Shown in pieces: positions 51,078-59,149 of a stretch of 64,000 bases of DNA; within the stretch, counting starts at the first letter, position 1; each line of letters begins with the position of its first letter. The notes beneath the pieces were generated by a model, which did no database searches, was not told the DNA's origin, and saw only the letters and a list, made by a program, of their open reading frames with translations. The DNA is taken from NCBI GenBank assembly GCA_964350245.1, contig CAYGJC010000003.1, forward strand, positions 97,180-161,179, written 5' to 3'. The position numbers and the translations under genes were made by a program. This DNA is from an uncultured bacterium. Its GTDB lineage: Bacteria; Chlamydiota; Chlamydiia; Chlamydiales; JAAKFR01.

Positions 51078-52465
51078 GACTCAATTTTGTTCAGTCCATT
51101 TAGCGCAGCAATGCGGTACCCTTCGGCAAAGGTGGGGTAATTGAAAACCTGGTCAACAAAGTAGTCAATCTTAGCCCCAAAGGACATCGCAACCTGCCCT
51201 GTGTGGATCACCTCAGTCGCATTTCTACCCACAATGTGCACCCCCAGCACCTCTCGAGTCTCTCGATGAAAGAGAATCTTGAACATGCCCAAATGGCTAG
51301 AACCGGCTATGTGACTGCGGGCAATTTCATAATAGTAAGCCCGCCCCACTTCATACGCGACATTCTTTTGCTGTAGCTCCTCTTCAGTATAGCCACAGCA
51401 AGATATTTCGGGAATCGTATAGATGCCCAGAGGAAAAAAGGTAGGGAAAAGATGCGTTGGAGCCCCAAAGGCGTGGCGAGCAGCTAGGCGTCCCTGCTCC
51501 ATACTAGTTGAGGCCAGGGCCGGATATCCAATGACATCACCACCTGCATAAATGTGAGGCGCTGAGGTTTGAAAGTGCTCATTGACCGGAATGTAACCTC
51601 TTTCATTGAGTTCAATCGCCGTTCGTTCAATCTGCATCCCTTGCACATTCGCCTCTCGTCCAAGTGCATATAAAAGAACCTCAGCTTCATAAATCGTTTC
51701 GTCTTCACACTCTACCCGCGCATGATTCCCCACTCTTTTAATCGTCTTAGGTACTTTGAGTGGAAGGAAATCGAGTCCAAATTCTTTCAAGCCCACTTGT
51801 AGATGAATGCCAATCTCAGCATCTAGACCGGGAAGGAGGCGCTCGCGCTTGTCAAGGACGGTCACCTCCGTGCCTAGCGTGGCAAAAAAACTGGCGTATT
51901 CGGCACCGATTACACCCCCACCCAGTACCAACATGGTTTTGGGGACACTGTTGATTGTCAAAAGCCGAGTTGAGTCTAAAATGACGTCCTCATCGAAGGG
52001 AACATGCAGCGGATTGCGCGGTTCAGATCCAGTTGCAATTAAAAATTTTTCTGCTTCCACTTCCCAAGCTGGCTCCCCTCTATAATTGGTCACTAGGAGT
52101 TTATTGGGGGTTTCAAATTGCGCCCTTCCCTGTAAAAAACGAATCTTGTTTTTCTTAAAATGCCGAAGTAAAATAGCCCTCTCCCCTTCTAAAACAGTCG
52201 AGAGTCGGTAGTTCAAATCAAAAATTGTCACCTCGCGGAGGCAACTGGAACCGTAAAAACTTCTTTCATTATAGCGAGTAAGATCTATAATGGCTTCTCT
52301 CAATGACTTGGAAGGGATTGTTCCCGAATTGAGACAGTTACCTCCCGGAACAATATCGCGTTCTATCAATGCGACCGATTTTCCTAGCTTTGAGGCTTGA
52401 ATCGCACTTGTTTGTCCAGCAGGGCCTGAACCGATAACAGCAAAGTCAACTTTTATTTTTTCCAT
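51074..52465 (-). CDS. sthA: Soluble (Si-specific) NAD(P)+ transhydrogenase
   Basis: [20 protein letters not shown] (Cys-X4-Thr instead of a redox disulfide), [30 protein letters not shown]. Confidence 0.9.
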   Translation of the reverse strand: MEKIKVDFAVIGSGPAGQTSAIQASKLGKSVALIERDIVPGGNCLNSGTIPSKSLREAIIDLTRYNERSFYGSSCLREVTIFDLNYRLSTVLEGERAILLRHFKKNKIRFLQGRAQFETPNKLLVTNYRGEPAWEVEAEKFLIATGSEPRNPLHVPFDEDVILDSTRLLTINSVPKTMLVLGGGVIGAEYASFFATLGTEVTVLDKRERLLPGLDAEIGIHLQVGLKEFGLDFLPLKVPKTIKRVGNHARVECEDETIYEAEVLLYALGREANVQGMQIERTAIELNERGYIPVNEHFQTSAPHIYAGGDVIGYPALASTSMEQGRLAARHAFGAPTHLFPTFFPLGIYTIPEISCCGYTEEELQQKNVAYEVGRAYYYEIARSHIAGSSHLGMFKILFHRETREVLGVHIVGRNATEVIHTGQVAMSFGAKIDYFVDQVFNYPTFAEGYRIAALNGLNKIES

Positions 52466-52481
52466 GGATTTCACTGTAGAC

Positions 52482-52510
52482 TTGCAAGATACATGCCAGG
52501 GTGCTATAGT
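52482..52510 (+). promoter_or_regulatory. Putative sigma66/sigma70 promoter of rpmB
   Basis: TTGCAA-N17-TATAGT ending 30 nt before the rpmB ATG. Confidence 0.6.
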
Positions 52511-52540
52511 CTTTTCTCAATTCAAGTTTGGAGTTTTACA

Positions 52541-52816
52541 ATGTCTAGGAAGTGTCAAGTTACAGGCAAGAAACCGAAGCCGGGATTTAGCTATACCATT
52601 CGTGGAATCGCTAAAAAGAAGAAAGGAATCGGACTCAACATTACAGGAAAAAACAAACGCCGTTTTCTTCCAAACCTAGTGACTAAGCGTTTTTGGTTTC
52701 CTGAAGAGAACCGTTTTGTGACCCTTCGTCTTTCCACATCCGCGATGCGCACCATCGATAAGCGCGGTTTAGCGACTGTTGTAAAAGAAATGCGTGCACA
52801 AGGTCAGAAAATCTAA
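52541..52816 (+). CDS. rpmB: 50S ribosomal protein L28
   Basis: [12 protein letters not shown]...[12 protein letters not shown]...RRFLPNL...TIDKRG, the chlamydial long form; GGAG RBS. Confidence 0.96.
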   Translation: MSRKCQVTGKKPKPGFSYTIRGIAKKKKGIGLNITGKNKRRFLPNLVTKRFWFPEENRFVTLRLSTSAMRTIDKRGLATVVKEMRAQGQKI

Positions 52817-54577
52817 ATGTTGAACCTCAGACAATTTCTTCAGGCTCTGCGGGAATCTGGAGAAGTTGTTAATGTTCACCACGAAGTAGACACCGATCTT
52901 GAACTCGCTGAAATTCATAGACGTGTGGCCGCAGCAGACGGCCCCGCACTTTTTTTTCACCGCGTTAAAAACTCTCCTTTTCCTGTTGTTACCAACCTTT
53001 TTGGCTCACGCAAGCGGGTCCATCTCGCCTTCCCTCATCATCCGGAAAAGATTATTGCTGATCTAATCAAGCTCATGACACAAGATTTTCCTCCGACTCC
53101 CAAAATTCTGTGGGAGCATCGGAAAACCTTGAAAAGCTTGTTACATATGGGAACCAAAAAGCGTGGATCGGGTCCCATTCAGCAAAACTGTGTCTCCCCG
53201 CCGGACTTGGAGAAGCTCCCTCTACTTAAAACATGGCCCTTGGACGGAGGCCATTTTGTCACCTTACCTCTTGTCTATACAGAACCACCGGAAGGCGGCC
53301 CGCCTAATCTAGGGATGTACCGTATTCAGCGCTATAATGCGCGGGAAACAGGGCTCCATTTTCAGATCCAAAAGGGGGGTGGCTTTCACTATCACCAAGC
53401 AGAGGCTCTCAATCAAGCTCTGCCCGTTTCGATTTTTATTGGAGGCCCACCCGCTCTAATCTTAAGCGCCATCACGCCTCTGCCTGAAAACGTGCCTGAG
53501 CTCCTCATCTGCGGTTTGATGCAAGGGAAAAAGCTTGACACCTGCTCCTCTACCCACACTCCCCACCCCTTGATTTCCGAATGTGAGTTTGCTCTTGTGG
53601 GCAAAGCGCGCCCCCATATCCGTCGCGATGAAGGGCCGTTTGGGGATCACTATGGTTACTACAGCTGGGCACATGAGTTTCCGGTCTTTGAGTGCGACGC
53701 TCTTTATCACAGAAAAGATGCGATTTATCCCGCAACGATTGTGGGCAAACCCAGGCAGGAAGATTTCTACATCGGTGATTATCTCCAAGAGCTTCTCTCA
53801 CCTCTTTTTCCCATTGTCATGCCTGGCGTCAAAGATCTATGGAGTTATGGAGAGACCGGCTTTCACTCTTTGTCCGCTGCTGTTGTAAAAGAACGCTATT
53901 ACCGCGAGTGTATGGCCTCCGCTTTCCGCATTTTGGGTGAAGGACAGCTCTCTTTGACCAAATTTTTGCTCGTAACCGACCAGCCCGTTAACCTGCGTAA
54001 CTTCCGTGAGCTCCTCACCACTGTTCTAGAGAGATTCACACCCGAAACGGATCTATTTATATTTGCAAACCTCTCCCTAGACACCCTTGATTATACCGGC
54101 CCCGAACTTAACAAAGGATCCCGCGGAGTGATGCTCGGTGTGGGTGAGAAAAAGCGCGATCTGCCCCTCTCTTATGTAGGAGGACTTCCCCCAGGCATCT
54201 CTAAAGTTGGTGTCTATCTGCCAGGATGCCTTCTGATCGAAGGTGAGATGAATGAAGCTCTATTGGATTTTTCGGGATTTAAGCAGTGGCCTCTTGTGAT
54301 TCTTGTCGATAGTGTGGATAAGACACTCCACTCGGATACAGCATTTTTGTGGACTGTATTCACTCGCTTTGAGCCAGCCGCTGATATCCATGCAAAAGCA
54401 CATATTGTGCGGAATCACATTGCCTATTCGGGATCTATTTTGATTGACGCACGGATGAAAGAGACGTATCCTCCCGTAGTGACGTGCGCGCCGGATACCG
54501 CGCAGTTAGTTACCCAGAATTGGAACCACTATTTTCCGGATGGAATGGAAATGGGGGAAAGTGAAGGTGATTTATAA
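52817..54577 (+). CDS. UbiD-family decarboxylase (futalosine menaquinone pathway MqnL-like)
   Basis: NLFGS, NLGMYRIQ, EGPFGDHYGYY, IVGKPRQED, TLDYTGP, WTVFTRFEPAAD. Confidence 0.88.
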   Translation: MLNLRQFLQALRESGEVVNVHHEVDTDLELAEIHRRVAAADGPALFFHRVKNSPFPVVTNLFGSRKRVHLAFPHHPEKIIADLIKLMTQDFPPTPKILWEHRKTLKSLLHMGTKKRGSGPIQQNCVSPPDLEKLPLLKTWPLDGGHFVTLPLVYTEPPEGGPPNLGMYRIQRYNARETGLHFQIQKGGGFHYHQAEALNQALPVSIFIGGPPALILSAITPLPENVPELLICGLMQGKKLDTCSSTHTPHPLISECEFALVGKARPHIRRDEGPFGDHYGYYSWAHEFPVFECDALYHRKDAIYPATIVGKPRQEDFYIGDYLQELLSPLFPIVMPGVKDLWSYGETGFHSLSAAVVKERYYRECMASAFRILGEGQLSLTKFLLVTDQPVNLRNFRELLTTVLERFTPETDLFIFANLSLDTLDYTGPELNKGSRGVMLGVGEKKRDLPLSYVGGLPPGISKVGVYLPGCLLIEGEMNEALLDFSGFKQWPLVILVDSVDKTLHSDTAFLWTVFTRFEPAADIHAKAHIVRNHIAYSGSILIDARMKETYPPVVTCAPDTAQLVTQNWNHYFPDGMEMGESEGDL

Positions 54578-55412
54578 CATCTATGCTAATATCTGCTACG
54601 CGATTACAGGTCCTTTCAGTGCTCAGGCCTCTGGAAGCAATTTGCACAGACTCATTGACGAGCAAAAAGAGTATGTCCTTTACTACAGATTTGATGGACT
54701 TCACCCTCTTGCCTACGCCGTGAAAATTGGAGATCAACCGGCTGTGGCTAGTCTACTTAGATACAGCGCACTGGACGACTACCACAAAGAGAATCAAGAG
54801 ACCATCATACACACTTATGTCCGCACCCTTTGTGAGACTCAACCTCCCAATATGCAGCTTTTAAGGCTTCTTTTTAACCACATGCCTGCAGAGTACTACC
54901 GCGGGAGCCTCATGTCGTGCACATTAGATCATGTCAAGCAGTTCGAGATCATCCCTTGGAATGTCATCCAAGAGCTTCTTCGGAGAGGGATCGGTACAAC
55001 AACTAAGCCAGACACAGATCTCTCTCCCACGAATAAAATCATTTATCTATGCCTTCAACAGAAACCTCCCGCTCGGGCTCAAGTTGAGAGAGTTCTTTCG
55101 GATCAAGTCAATCAATTGCGCACGGATTGTGAAACGTGGGCACGCACACATACATTAACGCGCTCTCAAACAAAAACGTTCTCACCTCTTCTTAACGAAC
55201 AAATCAAAAAGACAAAAGCAGCTCTACTGCACACGATTCCACAACGTGCCGTCGCTGTTGCCTCCCTTACAAAGGCCTATGGATCTGCTATTATTCAACC
55301 CGAAGCCCTGGCAGCCATAGCTGAGCTCTCAGAAGAGTGCAAGCAGCTCATTAGTAGTCTTGCCAGCGAAACATCTCAGGGTTCATCGTCGTCAGGTAAT
55401 AAATCTCCCTAA
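54540..55412 (+). CDS. Hypothetical protein with a possible degenerate ankyrin-like repeat
   Basis: 290 aa; GLHPLAYAVKIGDQPAVASLLRYSA resembles one ankyrin repeat; Ser-rich tail; start uncertain. Confidence 0.5.
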   Translation: MEWKWGKVKVIYNIYANICYAITGPFSAQASGSNLHRLIDEQKEYVLYYRFDGLHPLAYAVKIGDQPAVASLLRYSALDDYHKENQETIIHTYVRTLCETQPPNMQLLRLLFNHMPAEYYRGSLMSCTLDHVKQFEIIPWNVIQELLRRGIGTTTKPDTDLSPTNKIIYLCLQQKPPARAQVERVLSDQVNQLRTDCETWARTHTLTRSQTKTFSPLLNEQIKKTKAALLHTIPQRAVAVASLTKAYGSAIIQPEALAAIAELSEECKQLISSLASETSQGSSSSGNKSP

Positions 55413-55599
55413 ACGCCTGTTGAAACTCGGCATCCTCTAGACGGATGCACTCTTTACCATTGTAGATCCCCCGCATCCCATGTGGAACAGGAATGCCGAT
55501 TGAGCGCATCTCTTTTTCCAGATACTTATTATAAAAAATAGTGCGGTCTCCCTCAAATTCCACCAAGGATTGAGAGGTTTTTGTGTTGATCAGTCTCAT
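55351..55599 (-). CDS. Small hypothetical protein (82 aa)
   Basis: GGGGA RBS before ATG 55599, protein-like composition; overlaps the 3' end of the kinase gene on the same strand. Confidence 0.6.
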   Translation of the reverse strand: MRLINTKTSQSLVEFEGDRTIFYNKYLEKEMRSIGIPVPHGMRGIYNGKECIRLEDAEFQQAFREIYYLTTMNPEMFRWQDY

Positions 55600-56521
55600 A
55601 TTCCCCTAAAATACGTTCTATCTCTTCATTGACATATTGGGTAAATGTTGTCCAGTTTTCAGCTCCTCGCTCAAGCAATCGTTTGATCAAAAGCTCAAAT
55701 TTGGAGTCAGGAGCGCTTCTGCTATAGGTTTTAGACAACATGTCTCCAATGTTGTGCGGGTAAAGCCCCCGCATTACCCCCATTTTTAAAAGCATTGTAG
55801 CTACATAGAGGCGGTTGGCAACCCCCTCAGCTAGCCCCGTCTCTTCAATCAAAAGGGCACGGTCTTTTTCCGGATCAATCCATGAAATATAGCTCTGCTC
55901 CTCTTCAGAAAAGGGAGTCGCGGCTTGATTCCAACACATCCACACAAAGTGGACACTACCCAGCTCGCTTGGAAGTGCGAAACCGTGATCAATGGGCACC
56001 GCTTCTGTCTCATTGCAGATTAAAATATTCGAGCTGTGGCGATCTGCATTGATTACGCGAATGTCAAGCTGAGCAATTCGACGAATGGGGGCTGGCGAAA
56101 AGCCCCCATAAGCCTGATCTGCCAGCTCTACTGCTGAGATGCTATCTTCCACATAAAGCTGGCATGAACCTGTCGCCTCTCCTCCAAAAAGAGGATGCGT
56201 GAAAGCGGCAATCACAGTCGGTGGCACTCCTGCAAACCTTTTGTGATCTAATCGATAAGTTGCATACTCCTGCAGGTAGTGCTCTTGCTTGAAAACGGCA
56301 AGGGGCCTGCCATCCTCGTCTTTTAAAAAATACGTCTGCGAGGTGCCCTGAGCACTCTTTTCAGGGGCAATCCCTTTCTTAAGAGCACGCTTTACCTCCC
56401 AAATCACATCACTCATCTCAGGCGCATGCCGGAGCGTACGTAATTGATAGGCCGGATCATTAACAAAGACCTCTGGATGATAGGCCAGAAATCGAGACAC
56501 TTTTTGAACTGTTGGACGCAT
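55553..56521 (-). CDS. PI3/PI4-kinase-family protein resembling type II PI4K
   Basis: Gly-loop GTSQTYF, AVFK, E..TY.LD...AGVPPT, GSCQLYV, catalytic LDIRVINADRHSSNILI, PIDHGFALP, W..WNQAATPFS; GAGGGG RBS. Confidence 0.85.
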   Translation of the reverse strand: MRPTVQKVSRFLAYHPEVFVNDPAYQLRTLRHAPEMSDVIWEVKRALKKGIAPEKSAQGTSQTYFLKDEDGRPLAVFKQEHYLQEYATYRLDHKRFAGVPPTVIAAFTHPLFGGEATGSCQLYVEDSISAVELADQAYGGFSPAPIRRIAQLDIRVINADRHSSNILICNETEAVPIDHGFALPSELGSVHFVWMCWNQAATPFSEEEQSYISWIDPEKDRALLIEETGLAEGVANRLYVATMLLKMGVMRGLYPHNIGDMLSKTYSRSAPDSKFELLIKRLLERGAENWTTFTQYVNEEIERILGEYETDQHKNLSILGGI

Positions 56522-56567
56522 TTACCCCTCTTGCCCTATTATGAATTATTTTTAAAATAAAGGAAAC

Positions 56568-57596
56568 ATGCTCAAACGTCTGATCAAACCCGCCCGCTTT
56601 CTCTTTACCCTTCTCATCCTACTTCTGTTCTTTTACTTAGAAGAGAGACCCTCCCTCTCTTCCAATGAACCTGTTCAACTCTACGCCTCAGCTTGTCATG
56701 ACGATCTGCGCAAAGTCGTCCTGAATGCCATTCAAGAAGCTTCTGATTCTATCTATTTGGTCATGTATTCGTTAAATGAAGATAAGGTGATTAAAGCTCT
56801 GAATCAAAAAGCCAAAGAGGGTGTGGATATCACCGTCGTCTATGATCCCACAACCCCGCAGGATGGATACGAGAAACTCATTGGAATCAAGCGTCTCCCG
56901 GTCAAAATCAGTGGGCTGATGCACAAAAAAATCTTAATCGTGGATCAGGAAAAGGTTCTGGTGGGCTCTGCGAATTTCACACGTGGATCTCTTCGCTCGC
57001 ATGACAATCTAATTGTCGGTGCCACAAGCACCGAGCTTTCTCGCGTAATCCAAAACGAAGAAGCTGAGAAAAAATTCATTGTAGGGGGTCAACGCCTTGA
57101 ATTCTGGTCTCTTCCCCGCGACCGAAAAGAGGGATTGGCCCGCTTAATCGGACTGATTGAAGGGGCTCAGAAGACCATTCAGGTGGCGATGTATACGTGG
57201 ACCCATCCCGGGCTGACCGAAGCGATTGTAAGTGCCCATCTACGTGGTGTTCGTGTTGAGGTGATTTTAGATCGTGGACAGGCCAATGGTGTGGGACAAA
57301 AGGCGCTCAACAATCTCGTCAATTCCGGTGTGCCCGTTTGGTTAAGTACAGGGCGGAAGCTTCTTCATCACAAATGCCTAGTTGTAGACAGTGCAATCTT
57401 AGTGAATGGGTCTGCGAACTGGACAAAAGCTGCCTTTTCGCGCAACCACGATTGCTTTTTTGTCCTACAGGACTTATCTGAGGAGCAAAAAGAGAAGCTG
57501 GCCACCCTTTGGAAGCGCACCCGCACACTTTCAACCCGTAAAACACCTTCTAAGATTGTGCAGCTGCCTCGTCACTTTCATAGGCAGGCGGCTTGA
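56568..57596 (+). CDS. Phospholipase D superfamily protein (two HKD motifs)
   Basis: N-terminal TM/signal; MHKKILIVD...GSANFT and LHHKCLVVD...GSANWT. Confidence 0.92.
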   Translation: MLKRLIKPARFLFTLLILLLFFYLEERPSLSSNEPVQLYASACHDDLRKVVLNAIQEASDSIYLVMYSLNEDKVIKALNQKAKEGVDITVVYDPTTPQDGYEKLIGIKRLPVKISGLMHKKILIVDQEKVLVGSANFTRGSLRSHDNLIVGATSTELSRVIQNEEAEKKFIVGGQRLEFWSLPRDRKEGLARLIGLIEGAQKTIQVAMYTWTHPGLTEAIVSAHLRGVRVEVILDRGQANGVGQKALNNLVNSGVPVWLSTGRKLLHHKCLVVDSAILVNGSANWTKAAFSRNHDCFFVLQDLSEEQKEKLATLWKRTRTLSTRKTPSKIVQLPRHFHRQAA

Positions 57597-57613
57597 AAAA
57601 TAGATAGAAGACA

Positions 57614-58466
57614 CTATTCTTCAATAATCCCCTTTTGTAGCCAAGCATTTATATTTTTGATGATCACCCCTAGATCTGATGATAGGGTATGTCCTTGTGA
57701 AAGACCTCTTATATGAGCTGTCCAATAGCGCTGCAACCTGTCTAATTCTACTTCAGTGAAATAGATTGGGAGTCGTTTTTGGGTCTTGCGGTGTGCAAGA
57801 ACCAAATCAATCACTTTCTTTGTCCGTTTGAAATCGAGCACACCAGAACGAATCATGACACTCAAGTCATGAAAGTCCTTCATGCGGCTATTGCCCGCTC
57901 CTCGATAGATGATCGTCTCCAGTTTTTCAGCAAAAATGAATTCTTTAGGGTAGCAGGTGACTTTTACTTTACTTTCCAAAAGTGCCCCCTTACTTCCACT
58001 GGTTAGTGGAATTGTCATGGCAGTGGGTGCGACAACATCTCCAAATCCAAGGTCTATGTTTACTGGAAATCGTGTTTTACCAAAAAAGGAGAACATACTC
58101 GCTCGCACACCAGGGTACTTCATATGGGGATGAGGTAGATCATTGATTCTAAGATCTGTGAATCGAAATCTATCATCAATTGAAACAGTGATAACTTCAG
58201 CTAGTACTTTTTCCAAGGTTTCTATTTCATTGCTGAGCCTTTGTACAAGAAAATCCAAATCCCGCGTGTAGCGATTTAGTTGCACATAGTGAGACAAAAG
58301 CACTCCACCCTTCAGAAACAAAATGAGAGGAATGGTTAGAATGACTGAGTCGAACCAGAAATCGTTCCAAAACAAGATTTTGCCACAGCTGAGCAGGATC
58401 AAGACGCTTTTCTCGAGCAATATTGCGGAGGCGGGATTTAAAAGAATTTTCAAGTGCTGTAGTCAT
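57614..58466 (-). pseudogene. AbiEii/AbiGii-family nucleotidyltransferase toxin, split by a 1-nt frameshift
   Basis: ORF 58227-58466 gives the N-terminus (MTTALENSFKSRLRN...LERFLVRLSHSNHSSHFV); ORF 57614-58453 gives LKGGVLL...RYTRDLDF...IDLGFGD...AEKLETI...NSRMKDFHD. Removing one T from GTTT at 58316-58319 fuses them into HFVLKGG. Confidence 0.85.
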
Positions 58467-59059
58467 GTCGTCAATGCTAAGATATAGGGTGTTAGGTTTA
58501 CTCTGAGTTTTTTTGCGTACACTTGGAGCTTGCGCAGGTCAGGCTTAGGGTCTTTTGCTTGGAGGTAGGCCTGCAAAGCTTTAATCGCAATTTCAGGGCT
58601 GAGATATCTAAAAGCATCGACAATACTACGCTCCCGATCAAAAATAGCCAATTCATACTCGCCAACTTGGATGGTTGTCTTCCCAAGTGTCGTATTTCGC
58701 ATACGGACGGCTCTTAAGCAACTGCGTATAGGTACTTTTTTAGAGTGTGGAATCGCCAGCCAGTGTTCACGGGGGATTTGATCTGTTAAACCATACAAAT
58801 CAAGAGCAGAAATCAGACAAATAACCGCATTTGGAGTAGTAAAGGCTGTCAAAGCAAGGCCTTCTAATGCAATTCCTGCTTCTCCTTCGTAGCTGGGATT
58901 ATGGTATATTCCCTTTGCAAGGCGCTCTATTAACCCAATCTTTTCGAAATAAGCCAAACCATGCCTGGGAATACCCAACTCTAACGCTTCAGCAGTTGTA
59001 AACGCGGGCTTCCTCAGTAGCCTTCTAAGTAGGGGGTAATATTTGGATCTCGAACGCAT
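58463..59059 (-). CDS. Type IV toxin-antitoxin AbiEi-family antitoxin
   Basis: N-terminal wHTH (LIERLAKGIY), ICLISALDLYGLTDQIP, IFDRERSIVDAFRY; ATGA overlap with the toxin start. Confidence 0.9.
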   Translation of the reverse strand: MRSRSKYYPLLRRLLRKPAFTTAEALELGIPRHGLAYFEKIGLIERLAKGIYHNPSYEGEAGIALEGLALTAFTTPNAVICLISALDLYGLTDQIPREHWLAIPHSKKVPIRSCLRAVRMRNTTLGKTTIQVGEYELAIFDRERSIVDAFRYLSPEIAIKALQAYLQAKDPKPDLRKLQVYAKKLRVNLTPYILALTT

Positions 59060-59065
59060 ACCTAA

Positions 59066-59114
59066 ATTCTATATAAAGCACCCAGAAAAGTGAATCGGGT
59101 ACCTAATATAGAAT
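59066..59114. promoter_or_regulatory. Imperfect 18-bp inverted repeat upstream of abiEi, probable autoregulatory operator
   Basis: ATTCTATATAAAGCACCC (59066-59083) versus reverse complement of 59097-59114, ATTCTATATTAGGTACCC: 15/18 match, 13-bp spacer. Confidence 0.6.
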
Positions 59115-59149
59115 AGGAGCGTTGCACCCGCACACTTTCAACACAGCCC

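Noticed and set aside
57597-59149. AbiE module as part of a mobile element
   Set aside because: No integrase, transposase, terminal repeats or flanking direct repeats were found.
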